Source of the DNA: Propionibacteriaceae bacterium
GTDB lineage: Bacteria > Actinomycetota > Actinomycetes > Propionibacteriales > Propionibacteriaceae
Assembly: GCA_027492675.1 (NCBI GenBank)
Contig: JAPUEI010000039.1
Span: 8,370-72,369 of the forward strand
DNA: 64,000 nt
Reading direction: 5' to 3'
Part shown: piece after piece, positions 13,761 through 24,372 of the stretch
How the letters are laid out: each line of letters begins with the position of its first letter
How positions within the stretch are numbered: position 1 is the first letter of the stretch
Notes under the pieces: generated by a model
What the model was told of the DNA's origin: nothing
What the model saw: only the letters and a program-made list of their open reading frames with translations
The model's database searches: none
Program-made: the position numbers and the translations under genes

Positions 13761-14399
13761 ATGACGCTCCTCAACGGGATCGCCAGGATCCCAGGAGTCA
13801 CCCGCCACCGGCTGGGTGTGATGGGCGGAACCTTCGACCCCATCCATCACGGCCACCTCGTCGCCGCCAGCGAGGTTGCTGCGCGCTTCGCGTTGGACGA
13901 GGTCGTCTTCGTGCCCACGGGCCATCCGTGGCAGAAGGCGGACAAGAAGGTGTCCCTCGCCGAGGACCGCTACCTCATGACGGTCATCGCGACCGCCTCG
14001 AATCCCCGATTCTCCACGTCCCGGATCGACATCGAGCGCGAGGGCGATACGTACACCGTCGACACCCTCACCGAGCTGCGAGACATCGTCGGCGAGGACA
14101 CGGACCTGTTCTTCATCACCGGCGCTGACGCACTGAGCCAGATCCTGACCTGGCGCGGCGCCGACCAGCTGTTCGACCTCGCGCACTTCATCGGGGTCTC
14201 TCGTCCCGGCTCGCCCCTGGACATGACCACCGTCGAGCACCTGCCGCACGACAAGGTGACGTTGCTCGAGGTGCCGGCCCTGACCATCTCATCCACCGAC
14301 TGCCGTCGGCGGGTCACCGACGGGCTTCCGATCTGGTACCTCGTCCCGGACGGCATCGTCCAGTACATCGCCAAGCGCGGCCTCTACCGCGACAACTAG
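13761..14399 (+). CDS. nadD: Nicotinate-nucleotide adenylyltransferase
   Basis: [15 protein letters not shown] (the (H/T)xGH motif) and ISSTDCRRR are present. Confidence 0.95.
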   Translation: MTLLNGIARIPGVTRHRLGVMGGTFDPIHHGHLVAASEVAARFALDEVVFVPTGHPWQKADKKVSLAEDRYLMTVIATASNPRFSTSRIDIEREGDTYTVDTLTELRDIVGEDTDLFFITGADALSQILTWRGADQLFDLAHFIGVSRPGSPLDMTTVEHLPHDKVTLLEVPALTISSTDCRRRVTDGLPIWYLVPDGIVQYIAKRGLYRDN

Positions 14400-14406
14400 G
14401 AGTTTC

Positions 14407-14838
14407 GTGTCAGCCACCACCCATGCGTACGACCTCACCCGACTCGCGGCGACCGCTGCCGCCTCGAAGAAGGGCAGTGAGCTCGTCGCGTTCGATGTCT
14501 CCGAGCAACTCGGCATCACCGACGTCTTCCTCATCGTGACCTGCTCGAACGAGCGCCAGGTCGGCGCCGTCGTCGACGCCATCGAGGAGCAGCTGCTGGC
14601 CCAGGGCATCAAGGCACTTCGCCGCGAGGGCGGCCGCGAGAACCGCTGGGTGCTGCTCGACTACAACGACGTCGTCGTCCACGTCCAGCACGAGGAGGAG
14701 CGCCGCCTGTACGCGCTCGAGCGGCTGTGGCGCGACTGCCCCCGGCTGGACCTGTCGGGCATCGAGGCGCCCGTCGACGACGACTCCGAGGAGTCGCCGG
14801 AAGCGGGCCTTCTGAAGGGCGAGCGACCGGGGGCGTGA
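14407..14838 (+). CDS. rsfS: Ribosome silencing factor
   Basis: Motifs TDVFLIVTCSNERQVGAVVDAI, WVLLDYNDVVVHV and YALERLW. It has an acidic C-terminal extension. Confidence 0.92.
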   Translation: MSATTHAYDLTRLAATAAASKKGSELVAFDVSEQLGITDVFLIVTCSNERQVGAVVDAIEEQLLAQGIKALRREGGRENRWVLLDYNDVVVHVQHEEERRLYALERLWRDCPRLDLSGIEAPVDDDSEESPEAGLLKGERPGA

Positions 14839-14894
14839 GTTCGCACACGGCAGGGTCTGTACGGTAGTGTTTCCGAGGTCGCTTCGGCGGCTGA

Positions 14895-14967
14895 GGGGCT
14901 ATGGCGCAGTTGGTAGCGCGCTTCCATGGCATGGAAGAGGCCACGGGTTCGAATCCCGTTAGCTCCA
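14895..14967 (+). tRNA. tRNA-Ala (anticodon GGC), CCA not encoded
   Basis: Hand-folded cloverleaf. Acceptor GGGGCTA/TAGCTCC has the G3:U70 Ala identity pair. D-arm is GCGC/GCGC. The anticodon stem CTTCC/GGAAG carries loop AT-GGC-AT. T-arm is ACGGG TTCGAAT CCCGT. Confidence 0.93.
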
Positions 14968-15224
14968 CCTAGGTAGTGAGACGAAGACCTGTGATTTACG
15001 TCGCGTCTGCGGGAAATCGGGTCGTCCGGTCTCCCCAGTTCAGAGCCTCCCGCATGCGGGGGGCTCTTCGCGTGTCTGGGCTGTGTGCCAGTGGGTCATC
15101 CTGGTGCGGTGAGGACGTGGTTCCGGTAAGGGGTTGGACTGTCCGGCGGTGCTGAGGCACCCCACCCCGGCCTACAGGGGTCGGCTCGCGGAATCCTCTC
15201 CGAGGCGGCAGCCGGCCCCGTACC

Positions 15225-15689
15225 TCACTTTCGGCCGAAGGCCCTGTGCAGCAGATGTACGCCGCCGGCGCCGAGCGTGAAGGCGCCGAACGCGGCCAGC
15301 GCCGAGGCCAGGAACATCTCCGAGGAGTTCTGGCCTCCGCCCACGCCCACCATGATCAACAGCAGGACCAGACAGACGCCTGCGGAGAACGTCAGCAGCA
15401 GGAGCATGACGTCGAACGCGACGCGGAGCGGGGACGTGGGGGGACGTACACCGAGCGCGGGACCTGGCATCGGCGGCACCACGCGCGCCGGGCCAGCGAC
15501 GTCGGGCAGGTCGATCGTCAGTAGGTGGAGATCGTCGTCGGTGTGCGCATAGGCGATCTTGGTGAGCCGCAGTTCGAGCTCCTGACGCGGCAGCCGCCCC
15601 GCCTGATAGTGCGCGACCAGTCGTTCGGCAACTGCGGTGCGTTCGGCTGAGCCGATCCTCACCGCGGTGGGGTGGAGTGTGTCTGACAT
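15225..15689 (-). CDS. DUF1707 (SHOCT-like) domain membrane protein
   Basis: The N-terminal RIGSAERTAVAERLVAHYQAGRLPRQELELRL is followed by a Pro-rich linker and C-terminal TM segments. The ATG at 15689 (MSDTLHP) is preferred over the ORF-track start. Confidence 0.7.
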   Translation of the reverse strand: MSDTLHPTAVRIGSAERTAVAERLVAHYQAGRLPRQELELRLTKIAYAHTDDDLHLLTIDLPDVAGPARVVPPMPGPALGVRPPTSPLRVAFDVMLLLLTFSAGVCLVLLLIMVGVGGGQNSSEMFLASALAAFGAFTLGAGGVHLLHRAFGRK

Positions 15690-15910
15690 GCCTCCATCGT
15701 GAGGAGTCACACCGTGATTCACCAGGAGTCCACTCCAGGTGCAGACCCCGGCCCGACCGGGCTCGGAGAGATTGCGACCCCAGTCGTACATCGCCGCAAC
15801 CGACGACTCGCGGCGTGCGTATCACCAGGTGACGCCGCTCCTCGGTGAATGGTGACAGGCGCCGAGCCCTGTCACACCTAGGATGTCGGCACCAGATGAA
15901 TGGAGTGGCC

Positions 15911-16813
15911 ATGCCGCGAACCCCCTTCGCGTCGATCGTCGGTCTCGCGGTCGCAGCGATGCTCGCGCTCACGGCGTGCGGCCCGACGACGTCGAGCGGT
16001 GCACCGCCCGTCACCACGTCCACGGCCCCGGAGACGTCGGTCAGCGCGCCGGCCACGTCGGCGTCCGCCTCGGCATCGAGCACCACCCCGTCCGCGACGT
16101 CGGTCACGCCCACGCCGTCCGAGACGGCCAGCGCGGCTCCCACGACTGCCGAGACCACGGCCCTGACCGCCGGGCCGGCTCTGTACGCGGCGGGAGCGAG
16201 CGGCGATGCCGTACGGGACATCCAGGCGCGTCTTCGTCAGCTGGCCTGGTACTCCGGCGCCATCACCGGCACGTACGACACGCAGACCGTCAACGGGGTC
16301 TCGGGCTTCCAGGGCAAGCGGGGGTTCCCGGTCACCGGCCAGGTCGACCAGCGGACGCTGGATCGGCTGACGGCCATGACGCGGACGCCCACGTCTGACG
16401 AGAAGAACAATGTGGTCAAGCCCGTCACGGCGACCGGACCGATCGACTCCCGCTGCCTCACCGGCCGCGTGCTGTGCATCGACAAGTCCACCCGCAAGCT
16501 GCGCTGGATGGTCGACGGCCAGGTGCTCAAGGTGTTCGACGTACGGTTCGGCTCTGAGCTCACACCGACCCGTGAGGGAGCGTTCTCGGTCTTCCAGAAG
16601 TCACGTGACCACGTCTCGACGATCTACCACACGGCGATGCCGTTCGCGATGTTCTTCTCCGGCGGCCAGGCCGTCCACTACTCGGCGGACTTCGCCGCGC
16701 GCGGTTACAACGGGTCGTCGCACGGGTGCGTGAATGTGCGCGACTACAACGGCATCGCGTGGCTCTTCGGGCAGGTCGCCATCGGCGACAGCGTCATCGT
16801 CTACCGATCCTGA
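15911..16813 (+). CDS. L,D-transpeptidase lipoprotein with peptidoglycan-binding domain (PG_binding_1 + YkuD)
   Basis: Lipobox LALTAC, a Thr/Ser/Ala/Pro linker, DIQARLRQLAWYSG..VSGFQGKRGFPVTGQVD, and the catalytic HYS..SHGCVNV. Confidence 0.88.
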   Translation: MPRTPFASIVGLAVAAMLALTACGPTTSSGAPPVTTSTAPETSVSAPATSASASASSTTPSATSVTPTPSETASAAPTTAETTALTAGPALYAAGASGDAVRDIQARLRQLAWYSGAITGTYDTQTVNGVSGFQGKRGFPVTGQVDQRTLDRLTAMTRTPTSDEKNNVVKPVTATGPIDSRCLTGRVLCIDKSTRKLRWMVDGQVLKVFDVRFGSELTPTREGAFSVFQKSRDHVSTIYHTAMPFAMFFSGGQAVHYSADFAARGYNGSSHGCVNVRDYNGIAWLFGQVAIGDSVIVYRS

Positions 16814-16942
16814 GACCCTGGTCATCCCCGGTCGCCCCCTGAGGAGAGGGCCCCGGAGTCGCTGATCGGGCACAGCCCATGGAAAGGTATGCCATGTGGC
16901 TGCCCTTCAACGTCCTCGTCACTGCGCGGTGGTGAGGCTCAC

Positions 16943-17857
16943 GTGATCCTCCTCGCCGTCCTCCTCGCGATCGTCGCATCGTTCTCGTTCGCCTCCGGCG
17001 CGAGCGCGCAGCACTTCGGGATCGACAAGGCGCTCGCCGGAGAGCCAGACCGCAAGCTCACCCTGCCTCGCGTCGTGAAGATGCTCCGGACGCCCGTCTG
17101 GCTGCTCGGTCTCGGGCTCATCGCCCTCGGCGCGGGTCTCCATCTCGTGGCCCTGGCCATGGCGCCCATCACGGTCATCCAGCCCCTCGGCATCCTCGCT
17201 GTCGGCTGGTCGGTCCTCATCGCGGCGCGCATCAAGAAGGTTCGTCCCGAGCCGAAGATCTGGTTCGCGGTCGGTGTCTCGGTCGTCGGCATCGTGGGCT
17301 TCACGTTCTTGTCGACGACCTACACGTCGGAGGCGTCGACCATCAGTCTGTCGGCGATGCTGTGGACGACAGCGGCCATCTGGGCCGTCGCGGCGGTCTT
17401 CGCCAGCATCGGGCTTCGCGGACCGCGACCGGTCCGGAGCCTCTGCTGGGCCTGGGGCGGCGCGGTGCTGTACGGACTGGGCTCGGGCTACATGAAGATC
17501 ATGCTGGAGCTCGTGACCGCGAAGGCCCACCTCACGGGCGCCGAGTTCGTGACCGCGGCTGTCGGACTTGTCCTCGCCTACGGCGTGGGTGGCTGGATGA
17601 TCCAGCAGGCGTACGCGACGGGGCCGGCCGAGGTCGTTGTCGGGTCGATGACGACCGTGGATCCCCTCGCCGGCGTGGTCGTCGGTCTCGTCGTGCTGGG
17701 CGAGGGCGCGCGGATCACCCCGCTGATCGCCCTGGGGATGGTTCTGGCCGGGGCGGTGGCTGCCGGCGGTGTCGCGGTCCTGTCGAAGTTCCACCCCGAC
17801 ACGATGCGCCATCACGAGGCGGACGCGTCGGCCAAGGTCCTGGAGCCTGACGCGTGA
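16943..17857 (+). CDS. DMT-superfamily membrane protein (NIPA-like)
   Basis: About 9-10 hydrophobic segments. LRTPVWLLGLGLIALGAGLHLVALAMAPITVIQPLG resembles the NIPA/EamA signature. A GTG start at 16943 is assumed. Confidence 0.55.
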   Translation: MILLAVLLAIVASFSFASGASAQHFGIDKALAGEPDRKLTLPRVVKMLRTPVWLLGLGLIALGAGLHLVALAMAPITVIQPLGILAVGWSVLIAARIKKVRPEPKIWFAVGVSVVGIVGFTFLSTTYTSEASTISLSAMLWTTAAIWAVAAVFASIGLRGPRPVRSLCWAWGGAVLYGLGSGYMKIMLELVTAKAHLTGAEFVTAAVGLVLAYGVGGWMIQQAYATGPAEVVVGSMTTVDPLAGVVVGLVVLGEGARITPLIALGMVLAGAVAAGGVAVLSKFHPDTMRHHEADASAKVLEPDA

Positions 17858-19017
17858 AGATCCTGATCGCGAACGACACGTACGCCCCCCACATCAACGG
17901 TGCGGCGCGCTTCACCGAGCGCCTCGGCCAGGGTCTGGTGAAGCGGGGGCACGAGGTCCACCAGCTGGCGCCGTCGACGAACTTCCACCACTACACCGAG
18001 GAGCTCGAGGGCGTCATCGTCCATCGGGTGAGGTCGTACCCCTTCTGGGGCATCCCGGACTTCCGCTGGGTGGCGCCGTGGGACGCCTACCCCGAAGTGG
18101 CGCGCGTCGTCGCCGAGGTGGCGCCGGACGTGATCCACATTCAGAACAGTGCGTACGTGGGGCGTGCTGCTGCCAACGAGGCGGCCCGGCACAAGATTCC
18201 GCTGGTCGGCACGAACCACTTCATGCCGGAGAACGTCATGAAGCAGCTTCCGGTGCCGGCGGTGCTGCAGAACGCTGCGTCCAAGGCCTTGTTCATGGAT
18301 ATCCGGCACGTGTACTCGAAGGCTCAGGTGCTCACTGCGCCGACGCCGCGTGCCGTGGCGATGCTGGAGCGCAACTCCGGCCTACCGGGCGGTCTGGCCG
18401 TCTCGTGCGGGGTGGACACACCGGTGTACGCAGCCGCCGCCGAGGCCGCGCCGGCCCACGACGTGCCGGTGATCCTGTACGTCGGGCGACTGGACCCCGA
18501 GAAGCACGTCAACGAGCTGATCGATGCGGTCGCGGGTATGCCCGACGACGTCCCGTACCGCGTCGAGATCATCGGTGACGGCGCGGAGCGTCAGACCTGG
18601 AGCCGTCTGGCCGCCGCGAGGAACCTCGGACCCGACAGGGTGCGCTTCCGTGGCTTCGTGGACGAGGCGGAGCTGATCCAGGCGTACGGATCGTGCGACA
18701 TCTTCTGCATCCCCGGCATCGCGGAGCTGCAGTCGATCGTGACGCTGGAGGCGATGAGCGCGGGCAAGCCGGTCGTGGCCGCCAACGCGATGGCGCTGCC
18801 GCACCTCGTGCACTCGGGGGAGAACGGCTGGCTGTACACGCCGGGCGACATCGACGAGCTGCGCTCGCGGCTCATGCAGCTGTTGGCCGATCCCGAGGCG
18901 CGCCACCGGATGGGCGTCGAGTCGCAGCGCATCGTGACGCACCACGCGCTGGCGGCGACGCTGGAGAAGTACGAAACGCTGTACGAGAGGGCGATCGCCC
19001 TGCGGAAGGGGCGTTGA
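17854..19017 (+). CDS. Glycosyltransferase family 4 (GT-B)
   Basis: MKILIANDTYAPHINGAARF at the N-terminus and the C-terminal E-x7-E region GIAELQSIVTLEAMSAGKPVVA. The GTGA start overlaps the upstream stop. Confidence 0.88.
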   Translation: MKILIANDTYAPHINGAARFTERLGQGLVKRGHEVHQLAPSTNFHHYTEELEGVIVHRVRSYPFWGIPDFRWVAPWDAYPEVARVVAEVAPDVIHIQNSAYVGRAAANEAARHKIPLVGTNHFMPENVMKQLPVPAVLQNAASKALFMDIRHVYSKAQVLTAPTPRAVAMLERNSGLPGGLAVSCGVDTPVYAAAAEAAPAHDVPVILYVGRLDPEKHVNELIDAVAGMPDDVPYRVEIIGDGAERQTWSRLAAARNLGPDRVRFRGFVDEAELIQAYGSCDIFCIPGIAELQSIVTLEAMSAGKPVVAANAMALPHLVHSGENGWLYTPGDIDELRSRLMQLLADPEARHRMGVESQRIVTHHALAATLEKYETLYERAIALRKGR

Positions 19018-19020
19018 GCC

Positions 19021-19833
19021 TCAGGCCTTGATGGCCAACCCCGACAGCGGAGTGTCCGTGCTGTCGGCGAGGATCAGCGTGGCGTCGGCGTGGCTGAGTC
19101 TCAGGGTGAGCGTGCCTTGCGCCGACTGACCGCTTGAGAGCGTGCCTGGTGACAGCACGGTGGAGCTCGACGTCTCCGGGTAGGAGACCTTGGCCGTGGA
19201 GTTCGTGTACGCGTAGAACGAGTAGCGCAGCGTGCCGGACGTGACCGTGACCTTGAGCGTCAGGACGACCTCGTTCCCCGACCACTTCGTGTCCGTGATC
19301 TCCCAGACACCCTTGGTGGACGATCCCGTGAACGCGAGGCCCGGCAGGGTGGAGGTCGCGGTGGCCGAGGGGGAGTCGGTGGCGGTGGTGGTGCCGCGCG
19401 AGAAGTGGTCCACCGCGATGAACACGCCGATGAGGAGCGCGAAGCCGACGAGGAAAGCCACGAGGGCACCGAGTTTGCGCTTGGGCGGCCTGTACGAGTC
19501 GATGGTCATGCTCGCCGGCTTCGGAGGGCCGATCGGGGCGCTGCCGGGAGGCGGGGTCTGCGGCCGCTGCGGTGGTGGTGGCGGGGCGAACGACGAGGCG
19601 GGGTTGGGGTGCTGCGCGTACTGCCTCGGAGGGTAGGGCTGGGCGTACGGAGTCGGGGCGGGCTGCTGCGGGTACGGCTGGCCCGGCGGATAGGGCTGTG
19701 GGTAGCCCTGGCCGTACTGGGGCGGGTACGGGCCTGCGGGAGGTACGGGCGGCTGTGCGGGCGGCCATCCGGGCGCGCCAGGGCCCTCGGGGCCGCCTGT
19801 GGGGCCGGGGCTTCCGTACGGTGATCCGGTCAT
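19021..19833 (-). CDS. Membrane-anchored protein with Pro/Gln/Tyr-rich cytoplasmic N-terminus, one TM, and an extracytoplasmic beta-rich (DUF4352-like) domain
   Basis: PQYGQGYPQPYPPGQPYPQQP repeats, TM LGALVAFLVGFALLIGVFIAV, and a Ser/Thr-rich beta-strand-like C-terminus. The family assignment is tentative. Confidence 0.55.
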   Translation of the reverse strand: MTGSPYGSPGPTGGPEGPGAPGWPPAQPPVPPAGPYPPQYGQGYPQPYPPGQPYPQQPAPTPYAQPYPPRQYAQHPNPASSFAPPPPPQRPQTPPPGSAPIGPPKPASMTIDSYRPPKRKLGALVAFLVGFALLIGVFIAVDHFSRGTTTATDSPSATATSTLPGLAFTGSSTKGVWEITDTKWSGNEVVLTLKVTVTSGTLRYSFYAYTNSTAKVSYPETSSSTVLSPGTLSSGQSAQGTLTLRLSHADATLILADSTDTPLSGLAIKA

Positions 19834-19899
19834 CGAGGTCCAGGGTACCCAGCCTTGGAGGCCGATTGCGGCGGAGATGGGCGCCGTCCCATCGCGTGG

Positions 19900-19908
19900 T
19901 TGTCCACA
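19900..19908 (+). promoter_or_regulatory. DnaA-box-like 9-mer TTGTCCACA in the divergent intergenic region upstream of the DUF4192 gene
   Basis: Exact match to the actinobacterial DnaA-box consensus TTGTCCACA, read directly at 19900-19908. Confidence 0.3.
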
Positions 19909-19965
19909 GGCGGGTTAAGGCGTACGGGTTGTGTGGAGAAGTGACGCATCTGCTGAGCCAGGCAC

Positions 19966-20916
19966 ATGGTTCCCGGTGTGACTACCCACACCCTCACTGC
20001 TCACGGCCCCGAGGACCTCCTCGCCGCCGTCCCGTACCTCCTCGGCTTCCACCCGCACGACTCGCTCGTGATCGCGGTGGTCGAGGGCGGCGCGATCTCG
20101 TGCGTGGCGCGCATCGACCTGGCCGATGCGTGCCGACCGGGGTTGTCGCCCCAGTTGCTTGGCCCGTTCCTTCGACAGGTGGGCGCGGATGCTCGGCTGG
20201 CCGTCGTGGGCTACGGCGACGATGCGGGCGTCGTCCCCGACGTCGTGACACGGGTCGCGGCGGAGCTCTCGGTGCCGTCCATGCTGCGCGTGGCGGTCTG
20301 CGGAGACCGCTGGTGGCACGTGGAGCACCCCGACGAGGCCGAACCGTACGATCCGTCGTCGAGCCGGATCGCGGCGGAGGCGGCGTACAGCGGCATCTCG
20401 GCCAGACCCGACCGGCGGGACATCGAAGGACTGTTCGATCGACCTCCACGCGTGCGCCAGCTCTCGATCGCGACGCTGCGGGCCGGGGTTCGGAGGCTCG
20501 ACCGTCTGTCGTCGGAGGCTGCGCAACGCCGCCTGGGAGCGCTGCTCGACCGGCAGCTCCAGTCTGGGACGGTGTCCCTGACGCCGCGGGAGTGCGCCGA
20601 CCTTCTGCTGTTGCTCGACGACCCGGGGGCTCGTGACGCGTTCTGGGTGAGGCTCAACCGGAAGAGCGGGTCGCTGCTCACCGACCTCTGGCTGGATGTC
20701 GCCCGGAGAGCCCCGCTCGATCTGTCGTTGGGCGCTGTCGCGGCCGCCGGTCTGTCCGCCTGGCAGGGCGGAACGGGAGCGCTCGTCACCGTCGCTCTGG
20801 AGCGAGGGGATCGGCTCGGCGGGTGGCATCCCCTTCACGAGCTGCTGGCGAGCATCCATGCGCAGGCACTGCCGCCCGCCGCCTTGGAGGAGGTGGTGGC
20901 GTGCCTGGTGGCGTAG
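19966..20916 (+). CDS. DUF4192 family protein
   Basis: The N-terminal PEDLLAAVPYLLGFHPHDSLVI signature is characteristic of DUF4192. Conserved actinobacterial protein of unknown function. Confidence 0.75.
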   Translation: MVPGVTTHTLTAHGPEDLLAAVPYLLGFHPHDSLVIAVVEGGAISCVARIDLADACRPGLSPQLLGPFLRQVGADARLAVVGYGDDAGVVPDVVTRVAAELSVPSMLRVAVCGDRWWHVEHPDEAEPYDPSSSRIAAEAAYSGISARPDRRDIEGLFDRPPRVRQLSIATLRAGVRRLDRLSSEAAQRRLGALLDRQLQSGTVSLTPRECADLLLLLDDPGARDAFWVRLNRKSGSLLTDLWLDVARRAPLDLSLGAVAAAGLSAWQGGTGALVTVALERGDRLGGWHPLHELLASIHAQALPPAALEEVVACLVA

Positions 20917-20923
20917 GGCGGGT

Positions 20924-21637
20924 CTAGAACTGTGCTCCCACGTAATGACCCACGACGAAGGTCACCCCCATGGCGAGGCTGCCGACCAGCACGTTGCGCA
21001 CCATGGGCCTGACCGGCGACCCGCCCCCGAGTCGAGCGCTGGTCCAGCCCGTCAGGATCAGCGCGGCGGTGACGGACACGATTGTCGCCGCGATTCGTCC
21101 CGACGCGGGAGACAGCACCATCGCGAGCAGCGGGATGATCGCGCCCAGGGTGAAGGCGACCATCGAAGCCCAGGCGGCGTGCCACGGCGAGGTGCGTTCT
21201 TCGGCGTCGATGCCGAGCTTGAGTTCGGCGAGGGCACCCAATGCGTCGCGCTCGGACATCTGTAGGGCGACATCGTGTGCGAGGAGCGGTTCGACGCCCT
21301 TTGCCGTGAAGATGGCGGCGAGGTCGTTGAGCTCCCCTTCAGGGTCGTCGCGGATCTGTCGCCGACCGGCGTCGAGAGCGGCTAGCTCGGTGTCCTTCTG
21401 GCTGGACACGGAGACGTACTCGCCCCCGGCCATCGACAAAGCCCCAGCGACCACGCCTGCCAGGCCGGCTATGAGGAGGGCGTGGGAGGACACGTTGGCG
21501 CCGGCGACACCCATGACCAGGCCAGCGGTCGACACGATGCCGTCATTGGCCCCGAGCACCCCCGCGCGAAGCCAGTTGAGCTTGCCGTGGATCTTGGTGT
21601 CGGTCACAGGCTGGTCCGTGCCGGCGGTTGTCGTCAT
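20924..21637 (-). CDS. VIT1/CCC1 family iron/manganese transporter
   Basis: NWLRAGVLGANDGIVSTAGLVMGV and GALSMAGGEYVSVSSQ, with C-terminal TM segments. Start taken as the ATG at 21637. Confidence 0.88.
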   Translation of the reverse strand: MTTTAGTDQPVTDTKIHGKLNWLRAGVLGANDGIVSTAGLVMGVAGANVSSHALLIAGLAGVVAGALSMAGGEYVSVSSQKDTELAALDAGRRQIRDDPEGELNDLAAIFTAKGVEPLLAHDVALQMSERDALGALAELKLGIDAEERTSPWHAAWASMVAFTLGAIIPLLAMVLSPASGRIAATIVSVTAALILTGWTSARLGGGSPVRPMVRNVLVGSLAMGVTFVVGHYVGAQF

Positions 21638-21849
21638 GCGCGCATCATGCGTGGGCGGCAGCGCTGTCCGCAAGGAAGGAAAGCCTCACCTGGCAGGGGG
21701 TTTCGGGGACATTCGGGAGGTGCTCGGGGCCTCGCGCGGGTCCCGGTCAACGACCGGCCCGAACTCCTTCGTTGGCGCGGGCGCTCGACGGATAGACTGC
21801 TCCACCGACCGTGCCGACGCTCCCGCGCCGGCTCGTACGAGGAGGAACA

Positions 21850-24339
21850 GTGAGCCAGGCCGAGGCCACCCACACCGGGCAGGAGCCCCGTGGGTACGAC
21901 ATCGCCGCTGCCCAGGAGAAGTGGCAGTCGTTCTGGGAGGCGGACAAGACGTTCGCGCCGCTCGACGACGGCAGCCGCGAGCGACGGTACGTGCTCGACA
22001 TGTTCCCGTACCCGTCCGGCGATCTGCACATGGGTCACGCCGAGGCGTTCGTCATGGGCGACGTGGTGTCGCGTTTCTGGCGGCTGCAGGGCTACGACGT
22101 CATGCACCCGCTGGGTTGGGACTCGTTCGGCCTGCCCGCCGAGAACGCGGCCATCCAGCGCAACGCTCACCCGGCCGAGTGGACGTACGCGAACATCGAC
22201 ACGCAGGCGCGCTCGTTCCACCGCTACGCGCTGAGCGTCGATTGGAGCCGCCGACTGCACACGTCCGACCCCGAGTACTACCGCTGGACCCAGTGGCTGT
22301 TCCTGAGGTTCTACGAGAAGGGCCTGGCGTACAGGAAGGACAGTTACGTCAACTGGTGCCCCAACGACCAGACCGTGCTGGCGAACGAGCAGGTCGTCCA
22401 GGGTCTGTGCGAGCGCTGCCACGCGACGGTGACGAAGCGGAAGCTGACGCAGTGGTACTTCCGGATCACCGACTACGCCCAGCGCCTGCTGGACGACATG
22501 GTCGCGCTGGAGGGCAAGTGGCCTGACCGCGTCCTGGCGATGCAGCGGAACTGGATCGGGCGTTCCGAAGGCGCGTACGTCGACTTCCGCGTCGAGGGGC
22601 GCGACGAGCCGATCCGCGTCTTCACGACCAGGCCGGACACGCTGTACGGCGCGACGTTCATGGTCGTGGCCCCCGACGCGCCGCTGGCCGCCGAGCTGGT
22701 GAGCGACGCGTCTCGCGCCGAGTTCGAGGCGTACCTGGAGAACACCAAGAAGGCGACCGAGATCGAGCGCCAGTCGACCGAGCGCCCGAAGACCGGCGTC
22801 TCGCTGGGCCGCGTCGCGATCAACCCGGTGACCGGCGAGGAGGTGCCGATCTGGGCCGCCGACTACGTGCTGAGCGAGTACGGCACCGGCGCCATCATGG
22901 CCGTGCCCGCGCACGATCAGCGCGACCTGGACTTCGCCCGGACGTACGGGCTTCCTGTACGGATGGTGATCGACACCGGCGAGGCCGATCCCTCGGTGTC
23001 GGGTGTCGCGACGGCCGGCGACGGCTCGTACGTGAACTCGGAGCTGCTGGACGGTCTGGTCGGCAAGAAGTCCGGCGTGGCGGCGATGAACTCGAAGCTG
23101 GTCGCGGACGGTACGGGTGAGGCGGCGATCACGTTCCGCCTGCGCGACTGGCTGCTGAGCCGGCAGCGGTTCTGGGGCTGCCCGATCCCGATCGTGCACT
23201 GCCCCGAGCACGGCGAGGTCATGGTCCCCGACGACCAGCTGCCCGTCCTGCTGCCCGACCTGCGCGGCGCGGACCTGCAGCCGAAGGGCACGTCGCCCTT
23301 GGCCAGCGCGACCGACTGGTACAACACGACCTGCCCGACGTGCGGCGGTCCCGCGACGCGTGACGCCGACACCATGGACACGTTCGTCGACTCGAGCTGG
23401 TACTACTTCCGCTACTGCTCGCCGAACTATACGGACGGCCCCTTCGACAAGGCCGAGGTCGCGAAGTGGATGCCTGTCGACCAGTACGTCGGCGGCGTCG
23501 AGCACGCGATCCTGCACCTGCTGTACTCGCGGTTCTTCACCAAGGTCCTCAACGACCTGGGGCTGGTCGACTTCGACGAGCCGTTCCAGCGCCTGATGAA
23601 CCAGGGCCAGGTCATCAACAAGGGCAAGGCGATGTCGAAGTCGCTGGGCAACGGGGTCGACCTGGGTGCGCAGATCGACGCGTACGGGGTCGATGCGATC
23701 CGGACGACGGTGGTCTTCGCCGGCCCTCCGGAGGACGACATCGACTGGGCCGACGTGTCGCCCGGTGCGACGCTGAAGTTCCTGCAGCGCGCGTACCGCG
23801 TGGCGACCGACGTCGCTAGCGCGAAGGACGTGGACGTCACGGGCGGTGACGTCACGCTGCGGCGTACGTCCCACAAGGCCCTGGGCGAGATCACCGACCT
23901 ACTGGACTCGCGGCGGTTCAACGTCGTCGTGGCACGCCTGATGGAGCTGGTCAACGCGACCCGCAAGGCGATCGACACCGGCTGCGGTCCGGCCGACCCG
24001 GCTGTACGTGAGGCGGCCGAGTTCACGGCGGTCGCGCTGAGCCTGTTCGCGCCGTACGTGGCCGAGGAGATGTGGGAGGCCCTCGGTCATGCGCCGTCGG
24101 TCGCCAACGCCACCTGGCCCGTGGTCGACCCCGCTCTCCGCGCTGAGCAGCAGACGACGATGGTCGTCCAGGTGCAGGGCAAGGTGCGCGCGAAGATCGA
24201 CGTGCCGACGGACATCACCGAGGACGACGCCAAGGCAGCCGCCCTGGCCGACCCCAACGTGCAGCGTGCGCTGGACGGCCGCGAGGTCGCCCAGGTCATC
24301 GTCCGCCTGCCGAAGATGGTCTCCATCGTCCCGCGCTGA
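21850..24339 (+). CDS. leuS: Leucine--tRNA ligase
   Basis: [12 protein letters not shown] (HIGH motif), KMSKSLGN (KMSKS motif) and the CP1 editing domain. The GTG at 21850 is preceded by GGAGGA. Confidence 0.97.
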   Translation: MSQAEATHTGQEPRGYDIAAAQEKWQSFWEADKTFAPLDDGSRERRYVLDMFPYPSGDLHMGHAEAFVMGDVVSRFWRLQGYDVMHPLGWDSFGLPAENAAIQRNAHPAEWTYANIDTQARSFHRYALSVDWSRRLHTSDPEYYRWTQWLFLRFYEKGLAYRKDSYVNWCPNDQTVLANEQVVQGLCERCHATVTKRKLTQWYFRITDYAQRLLDDMVALEGKWPDRVLAMQRNWIGRSEGAYVDFRVEGRDEPIRVFTTRPDTLYGATFMVVAPDAPLAAELVSDASRAEFEAYLENTKKATEIERQSTERPKTGVSLGRVAINPVTGEEVPIWAADYVLSEYGTGAIMAVPAHDQRDLDFARTYGLPVRMVIDTGEADPSVSGVATAGDGSYVNSELLDGLVGKKSGVAAMNSKLVADGTGEAAITFRLRDWLLSRQRFWGCPIPIVHCPEHGEVMVPDDQLPVLLPDLRGADLQPKGTSPLASATDWYNTTCPTCGGPATRDADTMDTFVDSSWYYFRYCSPNYTDGPFDKAEVAKWMPVDQYVGGVEHAILHLLYSRFFTKVLNDLGLVDFDEPFQRLMNQGQVINKGKAMSKSLGNGVDLGAQIDAYGVDAIRTTVVFAGPPEDDIDWADVSPGATLKFLQRAYRVATDVASAKDVDVTGGDVTLRRTSHKALGEITDLLDSRRFNVVVARLMELVNATRKAIDTGCGPADPAVREAAEFTAVALSLFAPYVAEEMWEALGHAPSVANATWPVVDPALRAEQQTTMVVQVQGKVRAKIDVPTDITEDDAKAAALADPNVQRALDGREVAQVIVRLPKMVSIVPR

Positions 24340-24372
24340 GCGGGGCGGACGGCCGCCCGCCCTCTGCCCGAC

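Noticed and set aside
14968-15224. About 250-nt non-coding stretch after tRNA-Ala as a possible integration (att) scar or small RNA; it contains the hairpin AGAGCCTCCCGC-at-GCGGGGGGCTCT at 15041-15066
   Set aside because: No integrase or mobile genes are nearby. The only candidate repeat of the tRNA 3' end (CGGAATCCTCTCC at about 15197) is too weak a match. The hairpin may simply terminate the tRNA transcript.
21634-23874. 746-aa ORF antisense to leuS, with similar long antisense or alternate-frame ORFs elsewhere (37414-39198, 38778-41030, 56833-58869, 60609-61919, 31442-32989, 8841-9941)
   Set aside because: Their translations are Arg/Gly/Pro/Asp-rich low-complexity strings with no recognisable motifs. 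Each lies opposite or out of frame to a gene with clear family signatures. Long stop-free antisense frames are expected in GC-rich DNA.
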